From Candidatus Izemoplasmatales bacterium (GTDB taxonomy: Bacteria; Bacillota_I; Bacilli_A; Izemoplasmatales; Hujiaoplasmataceae), in the NCBI GenBank assembly GCA_050177605.1, contig JBFXGX010000005.1:1-64000 (forward strand): a DNA stretch of 64,000 nucleotides, read 5' to 3'. Shown one piece after another: positions 1 through 9,134 of the stretch. Numbering within the stretch: the first letter of the stretch is position 1; each line of letters begins with the position of its first letter. Made by a program: the position numbers and the translations under genes. Below the pieces are notes generated by a model, which was given only the letters and a program-made list of their open reading frames with translations, was not told the origin of the DNA and ran no database searches.

Positions 1-83
1 GAACATAACAATTCAAATTACACAAATCCCAAAATATATCGAATGAAATATATTGAAAATGTGCTGGTTTATATAATTTGACG

Positions 84-113
84 CAAAAAAAGGTCTGATA
101 TAATATCAAACCT
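84..113 (-). terminator. Intrinsic terminator downstream of the tRNA pair
   Basis: Minus strand AGGTTTGATAT-TA-TATCAGACCT stem followed by a T-run. Confidence 0.65.
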
Positions 114-125
114 ATGCCTTCAATA

Positions 126-216
126 TGGCGGAGAAGAGGGGATTTGAACCCCTGCACCGGGTTAACGATCTACTAGCTTTCCAAGCCAGCCCCTTCAGCC
201 ACTTGGGTACTTCTCC
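126..216 (-). tRNA. tRNA-Ser (GGA)
   Basis: Minus strand GGAGAAG...CTTCTCC-GCCA acceptor stem with encoded CCA; anticodon arm CTGGC-TT-GGA-AA-GCTAG; long variable arm; GGTTCAAATCC T-loop. Confidence 0.97.
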
Positions 217-225
217 ATTTCTAAT

Positions 226-248
226 AAAAAGGCGATGATTCATCGCCA
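226..248 (-). terminator. Terminator-like hairpin between the two tRNAs
   Basis: GGCGATG-AAT-CATCGCC followed by TTTTT on minus strand. Confidence 0.6.
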
Positions 249-264
249 TTTTAGTTTAAAAAAG

Positions 265-355
265 TGGCGGAGTAAGAGAGATTCGAACTCTCGCGCCGGT
301 TTCCCGACCTACACCCTTAGCAGGGGCGCCTCTTCGGCCTCTTGAGTATTACTCC
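265..355 (-). tRNA. tRNA-Ser (GCT)
   Basis: Minus strand GGAGTAA...TTACTCC-GCCA; anticodon arm CGCCC-CT-GCT-AA-GGGTG; long variable arm; GTTCGAATC T-loop. Confidence 0.97.
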
Positions 356-376
356 AAAAATGCAGTTAGCCATTTT

Positions 377-405
377 ATGATACCTTATTTTGGGCTAACT
401 GTCAA
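377..405 (-). promoter_or_regulatory. Sigma70-type promoter of the tRNA-Ser pair
   Basis: TTGACA (405-400), 17-nt spacer, TATCAT (382-377), about 20 nt upstream of the tRNA 5' end. Confidence 0.8.
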
Positions 406-413
406 TCTTTTTT

Positions 414-1082
414 TTAGCTGATCAAGGTCTCTTCTTGCTTCTCTGGTTCTGGTTGAGGTTTAGGTAATTCCTTGTCAACATTAGGAATCTTTACGACTGT
501 TTTATCTTCATTTAATAATTTAGAAGTTTGGCGATATTTACGATATCCACCATATCCGTCAAATCCTAAATAAGCGCCACCACCAACAGAGATAAATAGT
601 ATAATCCATCCAAGTGTATGAATGATATCAATTTGCATAATTGTAAGCACAAGAATCGTTGGTGCTAATAACAAACAAACGATATGGAACCAGAACTTAA
701 TTGGTTCTGACTTCTCACCAAAATAGTAAAGAGATACAAAATAGATAAGTCCTCTTGCGATAAAGAAGAATGTTAATAAGTATCCATAGAAAGAAACCCA
801 AAACTGAACACTCGTTCTACCAGAAAAAACAACAAACAACATCACGCCACCGACGATAATATCGAATACAATTTCAAACAAATTAATTGTTCTTAACACT
901 TCTTTTTTTAATGTTTTCAGTAAAGGGACCACTCTAAAAATAGAGTAAAGAACAATTGCAATGCCTGTTGTTGCATAAACAATATCCACATCATAAATCT
1001 TCATTAAAACACCTGCCGCAATAAGAATTGCCGCAAGAACCCATTTTAATGCCCAGCCATAACCAAATTTTAATTTTGACAT
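414..1082 (-). CDS. Multi-pass membrane protein of unknown function (possibly HdeD/DUF308-like)
   Basis: 222 aa, about 6 hydrophobic helices, charged Pro/Glu-rich tail; AGGGGG RBS. Confidence 0.7.
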   Translation of the reverse strand: MSKLKFGYGWALKWVLAAILIAAGVLMKIYDVDIVYATTGIAIVLYSIFRVVPLLKTLKKEVLRTINLFEIVFDIIVGGVMLFVVFSGRTSVQFWVSFYGYLLTFFFIARGLIYFVSLYYFGEKSEPIKFWFHIVCLLLAPTILVLTIMQIDIIHTLGWIILFISVGGGAYLGFDGYGGYRKYRQTSKLLNEDKTVVKIPNVDKELPKPQPEPEKQEETLIS

Positions 1083-1161
1083 TTTAAATCCCCCTTTATT
1101 ACTTTCATAAACCTATTATATTACATCTGTACCAAAAAAAGTAGTGAGTTCACTTAATAAA

Positions 1162-2745
1162 TTATTCTTTGATATAGACTTGATTCTTTCCATTCTTTTT
1201 AGCTTCATAGAGCGCTTCATCCGCATCTTTTAAATATTGTTCAAAGGAACGATTCACAGTGCTACCAGTACCACTTATTCCGAAACTACCGGTGATAAAG
1301 ATACGATGTTTTTCATAAACAAAAGGATTCTTTTCAATACATGCTTTCAGTTCGGTCGCAAGATCATAGGCATCAATCGGAGCTACTCCACCAAGAAATA
1401 CAACGAACTCTTCACCACCATATCGAGCAAATATCATGGAATCATTCATCAATTTCTTGCATAGTTTAGAAAGCGACGCTAACACATAATCTCCTGCTAA
1501 ATGTCCATAAATATCATTTACATCCTTGAAATTATCTAAATCGAACATAATAAACGATAAACTTGATTTATGAATGACAGTTTCATCAAACGCCTGCATT
1601 GCTTTAGAGAAAAATACACGACGATTCAGGATGCCAGTTAAATCATCATATGTCGCCATATACTCCATTTTTCTCATTTCCAATTTATGCATTGTGATAT
1701 CTTGATATGTCATTAAATATCCAATTGTGTGGCCAAACTTAAACAATTCTTCTAACTTTATTTGATAATATACTTCTCGGTCTCTTACTGAAACCTCTAG
1801 TACATAATACCCTAATTGAAGTAATTTATCACTAAATCCTTTTTCAAACTGATTAAAATCCGCCAAGCAAAAAGGCGCATTGAAATCAAATTGATCCTTG
1901 TATAAGGCTTTTGCCTTTCTGTTCATTGATAAAATATAGAGCCCTTTATCGAAAATGATAACCGGAAATGAGGAATCATCAAAAACTTGTCGATACGCAA
2001 TCGGAATCAAATCAAATAATTCTTGCTTATAGAGTGAAAAGAATAACACAATTGAAAATGCTGATGTCGCAACAGGTAGTGCATCAATTAAAACGGTAGA
2101 TGGACTAATATATCCAAATAACATGAATAAGACAAGTACAATCGTCATTAAGACCAACCAAAGGATTCTCAATTTACTTGATTCTAAACTTCTCCTAAAG
2201 GTATGTATATAATTCACCATTGCTAGAAGATACACAACAATATTAAATGCTAAAAGAGCATAAAAGATAATCCCTTTAACAAACACGATTCCAGAATAAC
2301 CCACACCAATAAAGGTGTTTCCGGCAATGTAATGTGAAACATAATACAATTTTTGAACCCAAGAGGATGAAATAGATAGAACATCCCATGGATAGATCAT
2401 CATCGAAACAAATGATATCGCAGGAACAAGTATCATTAATAAAATAAACTGAATGGAAAATTTACGCGATTGATGTTTTTGTTGAACAGAGATTAAATAC
2501 CAAAGAACAGGGATAAACATATATCCCACAGCCTGAAATCGCGTAAAGAAAAGCATATAGAGTTCGGTATCACTTAAAATAACACTTGCTTGACCAAAGA
2601 GAAACAAAACGTTGGCTATCGCTAAAACACCAACGAGTTTGATTCCATATAGTAATGCTTTTCTTGTTAAAATATAAACAGCCGCAAACACTAAAAATGA
2701 AGCTAAACTAAAATAAAAAGCGGCTACCATAAAGTCTATTCTCAT
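1162..2745 (-). CDS. Diguanylate cyclase with N-terminal 7TM (HisKA_7TM-like) sensor and PAS-like linker
   Basis: About 7 TM segments; DDLTGILNRR, FDLDNFKDVNDIYGHLAGD and RYGGEEF motifs. Confidence 0.9.
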   Translation of the reverse strand: MRIDFMVAAFYFSLASFLVFAAVYILTRKALLYGIKLVGVLAIANVLFLFGQASVILSDTELYMLFFTRFQAVGYMFIPVLWYLISVQQKHQSRKFSIQFILLMILVPAISFVSMMIYPWDVLSISSSWVQKLYYVSHYIAGNTFIGVGYSGIVFVKGIIFYALLAFNIVVYLLAMVNYIHTFRRSLESSKLRILWLVLMTIVLVLFMLFGYISPSTVLIDALPVATSAFSIVLFFSLYKQELFDLIPIAYRQVFDDSSFPVIIFDKGLYILSMNRKAKALYKDQFDFNAPFCLADFNQFEKGFSDKLLQLGYYVLEVSVRDREVYYQIKLEELFKFGHTIGYLMTYQDITMHKLEMRKMEYMATYDDLTGILNRRVFFSKAMQAFDETVIHKSSLSFIMFDLDNFKDVNDIYGHLAGDYVLASLSKLCKKLMNDSMIFARYGGEEFVVFLGGVAPIDAYDLATELKACIEKNPFVYEKHRIFITGSFGISGTGSTVNRSFEQYLKDADEALYEAKKNGKNQVYIKE

Positions 2746-2774
2746 ATAGATCCCCCTACTGAATCTATTTCAAT

Positions 2775-4949
2775 TTATTCCTTTGGATCTAACATCGTTA
2801 ATTGTAGTCTTTTTCTTTCTAAATCCGCTTGAATAACCCATACCTTAACAATATCACCAACCGATAAAATTTCAAGTGGATGTTTAATAAATTTCTTACT
2901 TATTTTAGAAATATGGACAAGTCCGTCCTCCTTAATACCACAATCAATAAAAGCACCAAAATCAACAACGTTTCGAACTGTGCCTTGTAATTCCATTCCT
3001 GGTTTTAAATCTTCTAATTTGAGAAGATCTGATTTTAATAATGGTTGTGGATAATCATCTCTTAAATCACGATTTGGAGAAACAAATGCATCCAGCAAAT
3101 CGTCCAATGTAATCGGATTAATTCCAAGTTTTTTAATAATTGCATTCTTATCTGCACTTTCGATCGTTGAAACGCATTTCTGGGTTCCAATCTCTTGTTT
3201 TTTAAGCCCTAGTTCTTCGAGAACTGTAACAGCCAAATCATAGCTTTCAGGATGAATTGGGGTTTTATCTAATGGATTATTCGAGTCTAAAATACGAAGG
3301 AATCCAATCGCTTGTTCAAATGTTTTTGGCCCAAGTTTTGGAACCTTTTTAATTTGCGAACGATTTTTAAATGGTCCTGAAGCTTCTCTAAACTCAACAA
3401 TACTTTGAGCGACACTATTAGAGAGACCCGAAACATATTTCAACAATGACGAAGAGGCTGTATTTACATTTACTCCGACTTGATTTACAGCTGTTGAAAC
3501 AACAAAGTCGAGAGACTCCGATAATTTTGATTGACTTACATCATGTTGATATTGTCCTACACCAATCGATTTCGGGTCAATTTTTACAAGTTCGCTGAGC
3601 GGATCTTGCATTCTTCTTGCAATGGACACTGCAGAACGTTCTTCTACATGGAATTCAGGAAATTCAAGTCTAGCCAAATCACTCGCCGAATACACAGACG
3701 CTCCCGCTTCTGATACAATCACATATTGACATGACAATTTGTTTTCTTTGATTAAATTAACTATGAAACTTTCAGTCTCTCTAGATGCAGTTCCATTTCC
3801 GATTGCAATGACTTCGATATGATATTTATTCACAAAATCTAGAACTATTCTTTTAGATTGTTCTACTTTTCTCGGATCTGCAGTATCTCCAACTCTAGCT
3901 TCATGTGGGTAAATAACTGATTTATCAATAAACTTCCCAAAAGAGTCAATTACCGCCATTTTACAACCCGTTCTAAATGCTGGGTCTACCCCTAACACCA
4001 TTTTTCCTTTTAAAGGTGGTTGTAAAAGTAAACTTCTGAGATTTTCAGAGAAAATATGAATAGCTTGATCTTCTGCCCTATCAGTAAACTCACTACGAAT
4101 CTCTCTTTCAATGGATGGTGCGATAAGTCTCTTATACGCATCAGCAATTGCATTTTCCACAAAGTCACGAACAAAAGTTGTTGGATTGGTAATAAAGTTT
4201 TTATTGATATAGCGTAAAATGTCATCTGAATTGATATTAATTTTAGCTGAAATAACTTTTTCTGATTCTGCTCTATTAATTGCGAGTACACGGTACAACT
4301 TAACATTTTTTAGTGGTTCTTCATATTCATAATAATTTTGATATGTCCCATATTCATCCACGGCATCTTTTTTCTTTGATGTTTGAATTGATCCATTTTT
4401 TGTTGTATACTCGCGAATCCACATACGATAACCAGCATTATCTGAAACAACTTCCGCAATAATATAGGAAGCACCTTCAAGTGCAGCTTCAATCGATGGA
4501 ACTTCTTCGGTAATAAAAGGTTCTGCTAAAACTTCTAAAGAACCTTTATTTGGAAATAACAATATCGCTTTTGCGAGTGGCTCTAAACCTTTTTTGATTG
4601 CCTCCGTCGCCTTCGTCTTTTTCTTTTCTTTGTATGGGCGATAAATATCTTCTAAATCGACTAATTTTTCACAACCTAAGATATCGTTCTTTAATTCTTC
4701 AGTGAGCATTCCTTTTTCGTCAATTAGACGAATGATATCCTCTTTTCTTTTTTCGAGGTTTTTCTTATATTCAAATTCTTTTTCAATGACTCTGATTTGT
4801 TCCTCATCGAGTGATCCAGTCATCTCTTTACGATAACGAGCAATAAAAGGAACCGTGTTCCCATCTTCTAAAAGTTCCAACACTGTTTGTACTTGAGAAA
4901 GTTTAATTTGTTGGTTCGTTGCTATTTGTTTTAATAATTCTTCATTCAT
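2775..4949 (-). CDS. tex: Tex family RNA-binding transcription accessory protein
   Basis: TVPFIARYRKEMTG, GVDPAFRTGCK, IGVGQYQHD, C-terminal S1 domain; start moved to ATG after GAAGGTG. Confidence 0.95.
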   Translation of the reverse strand: MNEELLKQIATNQQIKLSQVQTVLELLEDGNTVPFIARYRKEMTGSLDEEQIRVIEKEFEYKKNLEKRKEDIIRLIDEKGMLTEELKNDILGCEKLVDLEDIYRPYKEKKKTKATEAIKKGLEPLAKAILLFPNKGSLEVLAEPFITEEVPSIEAALEGASYIIAEVVSDNAGYRMWIREYTTKNGSIQTSKKKDAVDEYGTYQNYYEYEEPLKNVKLYRVLAINRAESEKVISAKININSDDILRYINKNFITNPTTFVRDFVENAIADAYKRLIAPSIEREIRSEFTDRAEDQAIHIFSENLRSLLLQPPLKGKMVLGVDPAFRTGCKMAVIDSFGKFIDKSVIYPHEARVGDTADPRKVEQSKRIVLDFVNKYHIEVIAIGNGTASRETESFIVNLIKENKLSCQYVIVSEAGASVYSASDLARLEFPEFHVEERSAVSIARRMQDPLSELVKIDPKSIGVGQYQHDVSQSKLSESLDFVVSTAVNQVGVNVNTASSSLLKYVSGLSNSVAQSIVEFREASGPFKNRSQIKKVPKLGPKTFEQAIGFLRILDSNNPLDKTPIHPESYDLAVTVLEELGLKKQEIGTQKCVSTIESADKNAIIKKLGINPITLDDLLDAFVSPNRDLRDDYPQPLLKSDLLKLEDLKPGMELQGTVRNVVDFGAFIDCGIKEDGLVHISKISKKFIKHPLEILSVGDIVKVWVIQADLERKRLQLTMLDPKE

Positions 4950-5006
4950 TCTATACACCTTCCAATATCACTTATATTTATACCATATTTTTGCTTATTT
5001 GGAAAT

Positions 5007-5027
5007 AAAAAAAACCCTTACGGGTTT
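5007..5027 (-). terminator. Intrinsic terminator
   Basis: AAACCC-GTAA-GGGTTT followed by T-run on minus strand. Confidence 0.6.
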
Positions 5028-5045
5028 CTTTATTGATTCATAATC

Positions 5046-5564
5046 TTAGTTAAATGGTGCGTAATCTCCGTTGAGTACATCTGTTAAAACTGAAATAACG
5101 TCATCTGTACCAATGAATTTATCTTCATAAGTTCCGTTGATTACAGAAATAACCATTGGTGTTTTGAGTGATGATTCATCGATATCTAGTAAGAATTGAT
5201 CTTTAAATGTATCATCATCTGTTGTATTAGCGATATCTACAAAGTAAATAACAATACCTTCTTTTTCAAGTTTTTCAGCTAATTTAAGTGCATCTGCTTT
5301 TATTGATTCACAATTTGTGCAAGTATCACTATAAAAATATACTAGATATTCAGGCACAAGAACGCCGTCTGTATCTTCTTGAGAAAGAATTGTTTCATAA
5401 GTGTCTATCTTTGTGAAATCATCATAAGATCTTGTAACAGTAAGTTGATCATAGATAAACGCAAATGCCACAATTAATAGTACTGCAACGATAATTCCTA
5501 CGATTACTTTTAGTAAAACTTGTCCAGAAGTTTCTTTTTTATATCCTTTTTTATAAGTTGCCAT
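5046..5564 (-). CDS. Membrane-anchored thioredoxin-fold protein
   Basis: Single N-terminal TM helix; LVYFYSDTCTNC (CxxC) and TP cis-Pro-like motif. Confidence 0.75.
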   Translation of the reverse strand: MATYKKGYKKETSGQVLLKVIVGIIVAVLLIVAFAFIYDQLTVTRSYDDFTKIDTYETILSQEDTDGVLVPEYLVYFYSDTCTNCESIKADALKLAEKLEKEGIVIYFVDIANTTDDDTFKDQFLLDIDESSLKTPMVISVINGTYEDKFIGTDDVISVLTDVLNGDYAPFN

Positions 5565-5642
5565 ATTTTCACCTCAGCATTAATAATTTTACATAATTTT
5601 GGTACTTTTTGCAAGCATTTATTTGATACATTCATAAATTCA

Positions 5643-5990
5643 TCATATTTCTTTTCTCTCAACTACACAAAGACCAATAGCATACTCTCTCTCGTGAGAG
5701 ATGGATAAATGAATCACTTTATCCTCAAAAACAGGACTAGATAGGTAGGGTGCACCCGCTTCAGTATTTAAAATAACAAGTTCAGTCATTGAACTAAACT
5801 TTTCAAACGAGGGCATCGCCTTTTTAATGGCTTCCTTTACCGCAAACCTTCCCGCAAGGAATTCAATCTTTCTTTGTTCAGAAACAAAGGATTCCATTTG
5901 GGCTGTTTCTTCTGGTGATAACACTTTTCGAACAATCGATGGTCTCACCCTTGTAATTTTAACAATATCCGTTCCTATGCCGATAATCAT
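5643..5990 (-). CDS. acpS: Holo-ACP synthase
   Basis: GIGTDIV, AGRFAVKEA, LSISHE motifs. Confidence 0.93.
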   Translation of the reverse strand: MIIGIGTDIVKITRVRPSIVRKVLSPEETAQMESFVSEQRKIEFLAGRFAVKEAIKKAMPSFEKFSSMTELVILNTEAGAPYLSSPVFEDKVIHLSISHEREYAIGLCVVERKEI

Positions 5991-6940
5991 GATTTTGTTT
6001 CCTCCTCAATTTCTAGTCTCGTCGCTAAATCCTTCAACGCTCTAAAGCGATGATTTAACGCTGATTTTGAAATTTGTTCATCAAAATGTTCTAGGGAAGC
6101 ATAACTTAATTCATGTAAAGTAGATTCAGGGTATGTTTTTCTTAAAAAAATGGCCTCTTTCATGCTCTTAGGAATCTGGTCATGAAGATGTCTCTCGATT
6201 ATTTCAATATATTCAAGTTGTTTTTCTGCAGCTTCTAGTGCCTTTTTTTCATTGGCAATGTCACAGTTGATTACTCGGTTAATCGAATTCTTAAAATCTC
6301 TTTTAATTCTAGAATCCTCGTATTCAAAAAGTGAATTGGTCGCGCCAACGACTCTTAAAAAATCCGCGATTTTTTCAGCTTCTTTGATGTAAGTAATAAA
6401 ACCTCTTTTATTTTTTGATACTTTTGCATTCAGCGAAAACTCGCTCGCAATATCCGCTACTATTTTCGCATGTGTTTCATACATTGATTGTATTTCTAAA
6501 TGATAGGACGCTGTTTCAGGGCTGTTAAGAGAACCCCCTGCAAGGAAAGCGCCTCTTAAGTAGGCTTTCTTACAACATTCTTTTTCATAAATTTCTGGGT
6601 TGGTTTCTTGAAATGGAAGATAATCAAGATATTGGATTGATAAATCAGAAATGATGAAATCGATTTGCTCATTGATCGATAAAACAAATAAATCATGTTT
6701 TTGGAACTTAGTTTGTTTTTTACTCAATAAGACAATATTTACTTTATAAATATCTTTCATCAATTTGGTTACTTTTCGAATCACCGCATTATTTGTCGAT
6801 TGAAAAACAAGCGAAGCTCCCTTGCTTGAAATTTCAATCGATCCACCAATATGAAATAAAGCCGACAATTCGGCTTTATTACAACATTCAAGATGATGTA
6901 AACTAGCTAATTCAGTTTTGACCATTGTCGAAAACGACAT
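5987..6940 (-). CDS. whiA: DNA-binding protein WhiA
   Basis: MSFS..VK.EL start, YLRGAFLAGGS, NRVINCDIAN, ISKSALNHR. Confidence 0.93.
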   Translation of the reverse strand: MSFSTMVKTELASLHHLECCNKAELSALFHIGGSIEISSKGASLVFQSTNNAVIRKVTKLMKDIYKVNIVLLSKKQTKFQKHDLFVLSINEQIDFIISDLSIQYLDYLPFQETNPEIYEKECCKKAYLRGAFLAGGSLNSPETASYHLEIQSMYETHAKIVADIASEFSLNAKVSKNKRGFITYIKEAEKIADFLRVVGATNSLFEYEDSRIKRDFKNSINRVINCDIANEKKALEAAEKQLEYIEIIERHLHDQIPKSMKEAIFLRKTYPESTLHELSYASLEHFDEQISKSALNHRFRALKDLATRLEIEEETKS

Positions 6941-6949
6941 ATCATCACC

Positions 6950-7876
6950 CTATTTCATTTCTTCATCAATATATTTTATTGCGGTCATCGCCGCAATCGC
7001 TCCATCACTAATTGCCGTAACAATGAATCGATAATCTTTCTTTGTTACATCTCCACACGCATACAATCCTTCAATTTTTGTTCTCATTTCAGGTGTTACC
7101 TCGACAAAATCCTCTTTGGTATTATGAAGTAATCCTGATAAAAAACTCGTATCTGCTTGATTGCCAATATAAATAAACGCTCCAGCACATGGAATAATTT
7201 CTTCTTTTTGCGTTGCTTTATTCACAATTGTGACACTTTCAAGTTCATCAATTCCATCAAAACGAATTGTATTTGATAAGTACTTACAAGTGACATTGTC
7301 TTGCGCTAACAGTTTCTGTACAATTTGTTTTGAAGCGCTAAATGCATCAAACTCATGAATTATTGTCACATGTTTACATTTTGTGGATAAGTAATATCCT
7401 TCTTCTAACGCGGCATCGCCCCCACCAATCATGACAACATCCTCGTTTTCAAAAAACATCGCATCACAAACAGCACAATAAGAAACGCCTCTTGCAAGAA
7501 ACTTCTGTTCATTCTCAATTTCCAGTGGTTTTGGACCTGTTCCTGTCGCAACAATGACTGTTTTTGAAAGATAAGAATCTTCATCTGTTTTAACGACGAA
7601 AAATCCTTCTTCATTCTTACAAACATCTTGAACTAATCCATACGTTTCTTGAATATTTAATTCATGAAGGTGGTCAACCATTTTTCCGACAAGTTCATGA
7701 GCGTTGACTTTTCCAAAACCAAGATAGTTATCTACTTGATATGTTGATTTGACTCTACCACCAGGAGTAAATTTGTCGAGCAGCAAAATATCTTTGCTTG
7801 CTCTAGTTGCGTAGACTGCAGCGGTCATCCCCGCTGGTCCAGCACCGATAATGATGATATCGTATACTTTATTCAC
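6950..7876 (-). CDS. trxB: Thioredoxin-disulfide reductase
   Basis: GAGPAG, ATG, GVSYCAVCD active site, GGGDAA, GLYACGD; probable GTG start overlapping the lgt stop. Confidence 0.88.
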   Translation of the reverse strand: MNKVYDIIIIGAGPAGMTAAVYATRASKDILLLDKFTPGGRVKSTYQVDNYLGFGKVNAHELVGKMVDHLHELNIQETYGLVQDVCKNEEGFFVVKTDEDSYLSKTVIVATGTGPKPLEIENEQKFLARGVSYCAVCDAMFFENEDVVMIGGGDAALEEGYYLSTKCKHVTIIHEFDAFSASKQIVQKLLAQDNVTCKYLSNTIRFDGIDELESVTIVNKATQKEEIIPCAGAFIYIGNQADTSFLSGLLHNTKEDFVEVTPEMRTKIEGLYACGDVTKKDYRFIVTAISDGAIAAMTAIKYIDEEMK

Positions 7877-9134
7877 TCTTTTCAGCACATGCTTTCTTTT
7901 TGCACTCAAAATAACCAGGAACTGTTCCGTAAGTTTTTCCAGGTCTTTTCAAACGAATAAGCACCGATAACGAAATGCCAAGTAATATCATTAATACCGA
8001 AGTTACAATTGCGGATTTAAATACCATTCCAAATAATTCGAAAGTGAGTGGATCAGTTCTCATTGTTTCAATAAAAATCCTAACACTACCGTACCAGATT
8101 AAATAGAATGATAGCAACTCACCAAAATGAATTTTTTTCAATCGGCGAAGGATCAACATCACAACGAAACCTAAAATGTTGAGAGTTGATTCGTAGAAGA
8201 ATGTTGGATGATAATATCCTGTAAGAGGCTCTACACTAACTCCGTGAAGCCCTCTTAATATATACATATTGTTCACGATAAATTCAGGTAAATGAAGCGT
8301 ATATCTTAAGAAATTAAATTGTTCTTCTATCGTTAAATTGGCTGTGGTACCAGTGATACCACCAACGAGACCACCATGCGCTTCTTGATTAAAGAAGTTG
8401 CCCCAACGACCAAATGCTTGTGCAATGATAAATCCAACTGCAATGATATCAATAACTTTAAAAATATCGATTTTTCGTTTTTTAGTATAAAAATATGCAC
8501 AAATAACCGCTGTTACAAACGCACCATGAATGGCTAGTCCAGCAAGACCAAAACTACTAAAATCTAATGTCCCACTTGAAAACCCGATTGCTCTCAATAG
8601 TGATTCACCAACGCTACCATAAAAGAAATTATTCCATTCAAATACAACATACCAAAGTCTCGCTCCGAGAATTGATACCGGCACAATCCATAAGAAGCCA
8701 TCAATTAAATCATCTTGTTTGATGCCTGTTCTTTTAGCTTCTTTTAGTCCCAAGAACAGCGCCACAATAATACCTGTCATAATAAATAACGAATAGAAAA
8801 CAATGCTTCTACCAAATAAAGAAATAGCGACATTATCGAGGGTATAGATTGCCTTAATTGTTGTGTCTGATTGAATACTTGAATAACCACTTTCAAAGAC
8901 AGACCAACGTGTAAAATAAGCGTTATCTTTGTTATCGGGTGCATCTGGTGCAGAGATATCACAAGCACTGCCAACAACACAATCAATTGTTTTCAATACA
9001 GTACCATCATAATCCACAAAAGTTACTGTATAGGAATCTCCGTCATTTAACACAGGGTCATTATTACATCCAAACAAAGAGAAGGATAAAAACACAGTTA
9101 GTACGAGTAATAGTAATCTTAATTTCTTTTTCAT
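7869..9134 (-). CDS. lgt: Prolipoprotein diacylglyceryl transferase with N-terminal lipobox and B-repeat-like extension
   Basis: GARLWYV, GLAIHGA, QAFGRWGNFFNQE, HPTFFYES, RIFIETMR motifs; directly downstream of hprK as in Firmicutes. Confidence 0.93.
   Translation of the reverse strand: MKKKLRLLLLVLTVFLSFSLFGCNNDPVLNDGDSYTVTFVDYDGTVLKTIDCVVGSACDISAPDAPDNKDNAYFTRWSVFESGYSSIQSDTTIKAIYTLDNVAISLFGRSIVFYSLFIMTGIIVALFLGLKEAKRTGIKQDDLIDGFLWIVPVSILGARLWYVVFEWNNFFYGSVGESLLRAIGFSSGTLDFSSFGLAGLAIHGAFVTAVICAYFYTKKRKIDIFKVIDIIAVGFIIAQAFGRWGNFFNQEAHGGLVGGITGTTANLTIEEQFNFLRYTLHLPEFIVNNMYILRGLHGVSVEPLTGYYHPTFFYESTLNILGFVVMLILRRLKKIHFGELLSFYLIWYGSVRIFIETMRTDPLTFELFGMVFKSAIVTSVLMILLGISLSVLIRLKRPGKTYGTVPGYFECKKKACAEKSE

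Noticed and set aside
126..355. tRNA genes as integration sites for a mobile element
   Set aside because: No integrase or duplicated tRNA 3' end seen in the window; sequence beyond the left edge cannot be assessed
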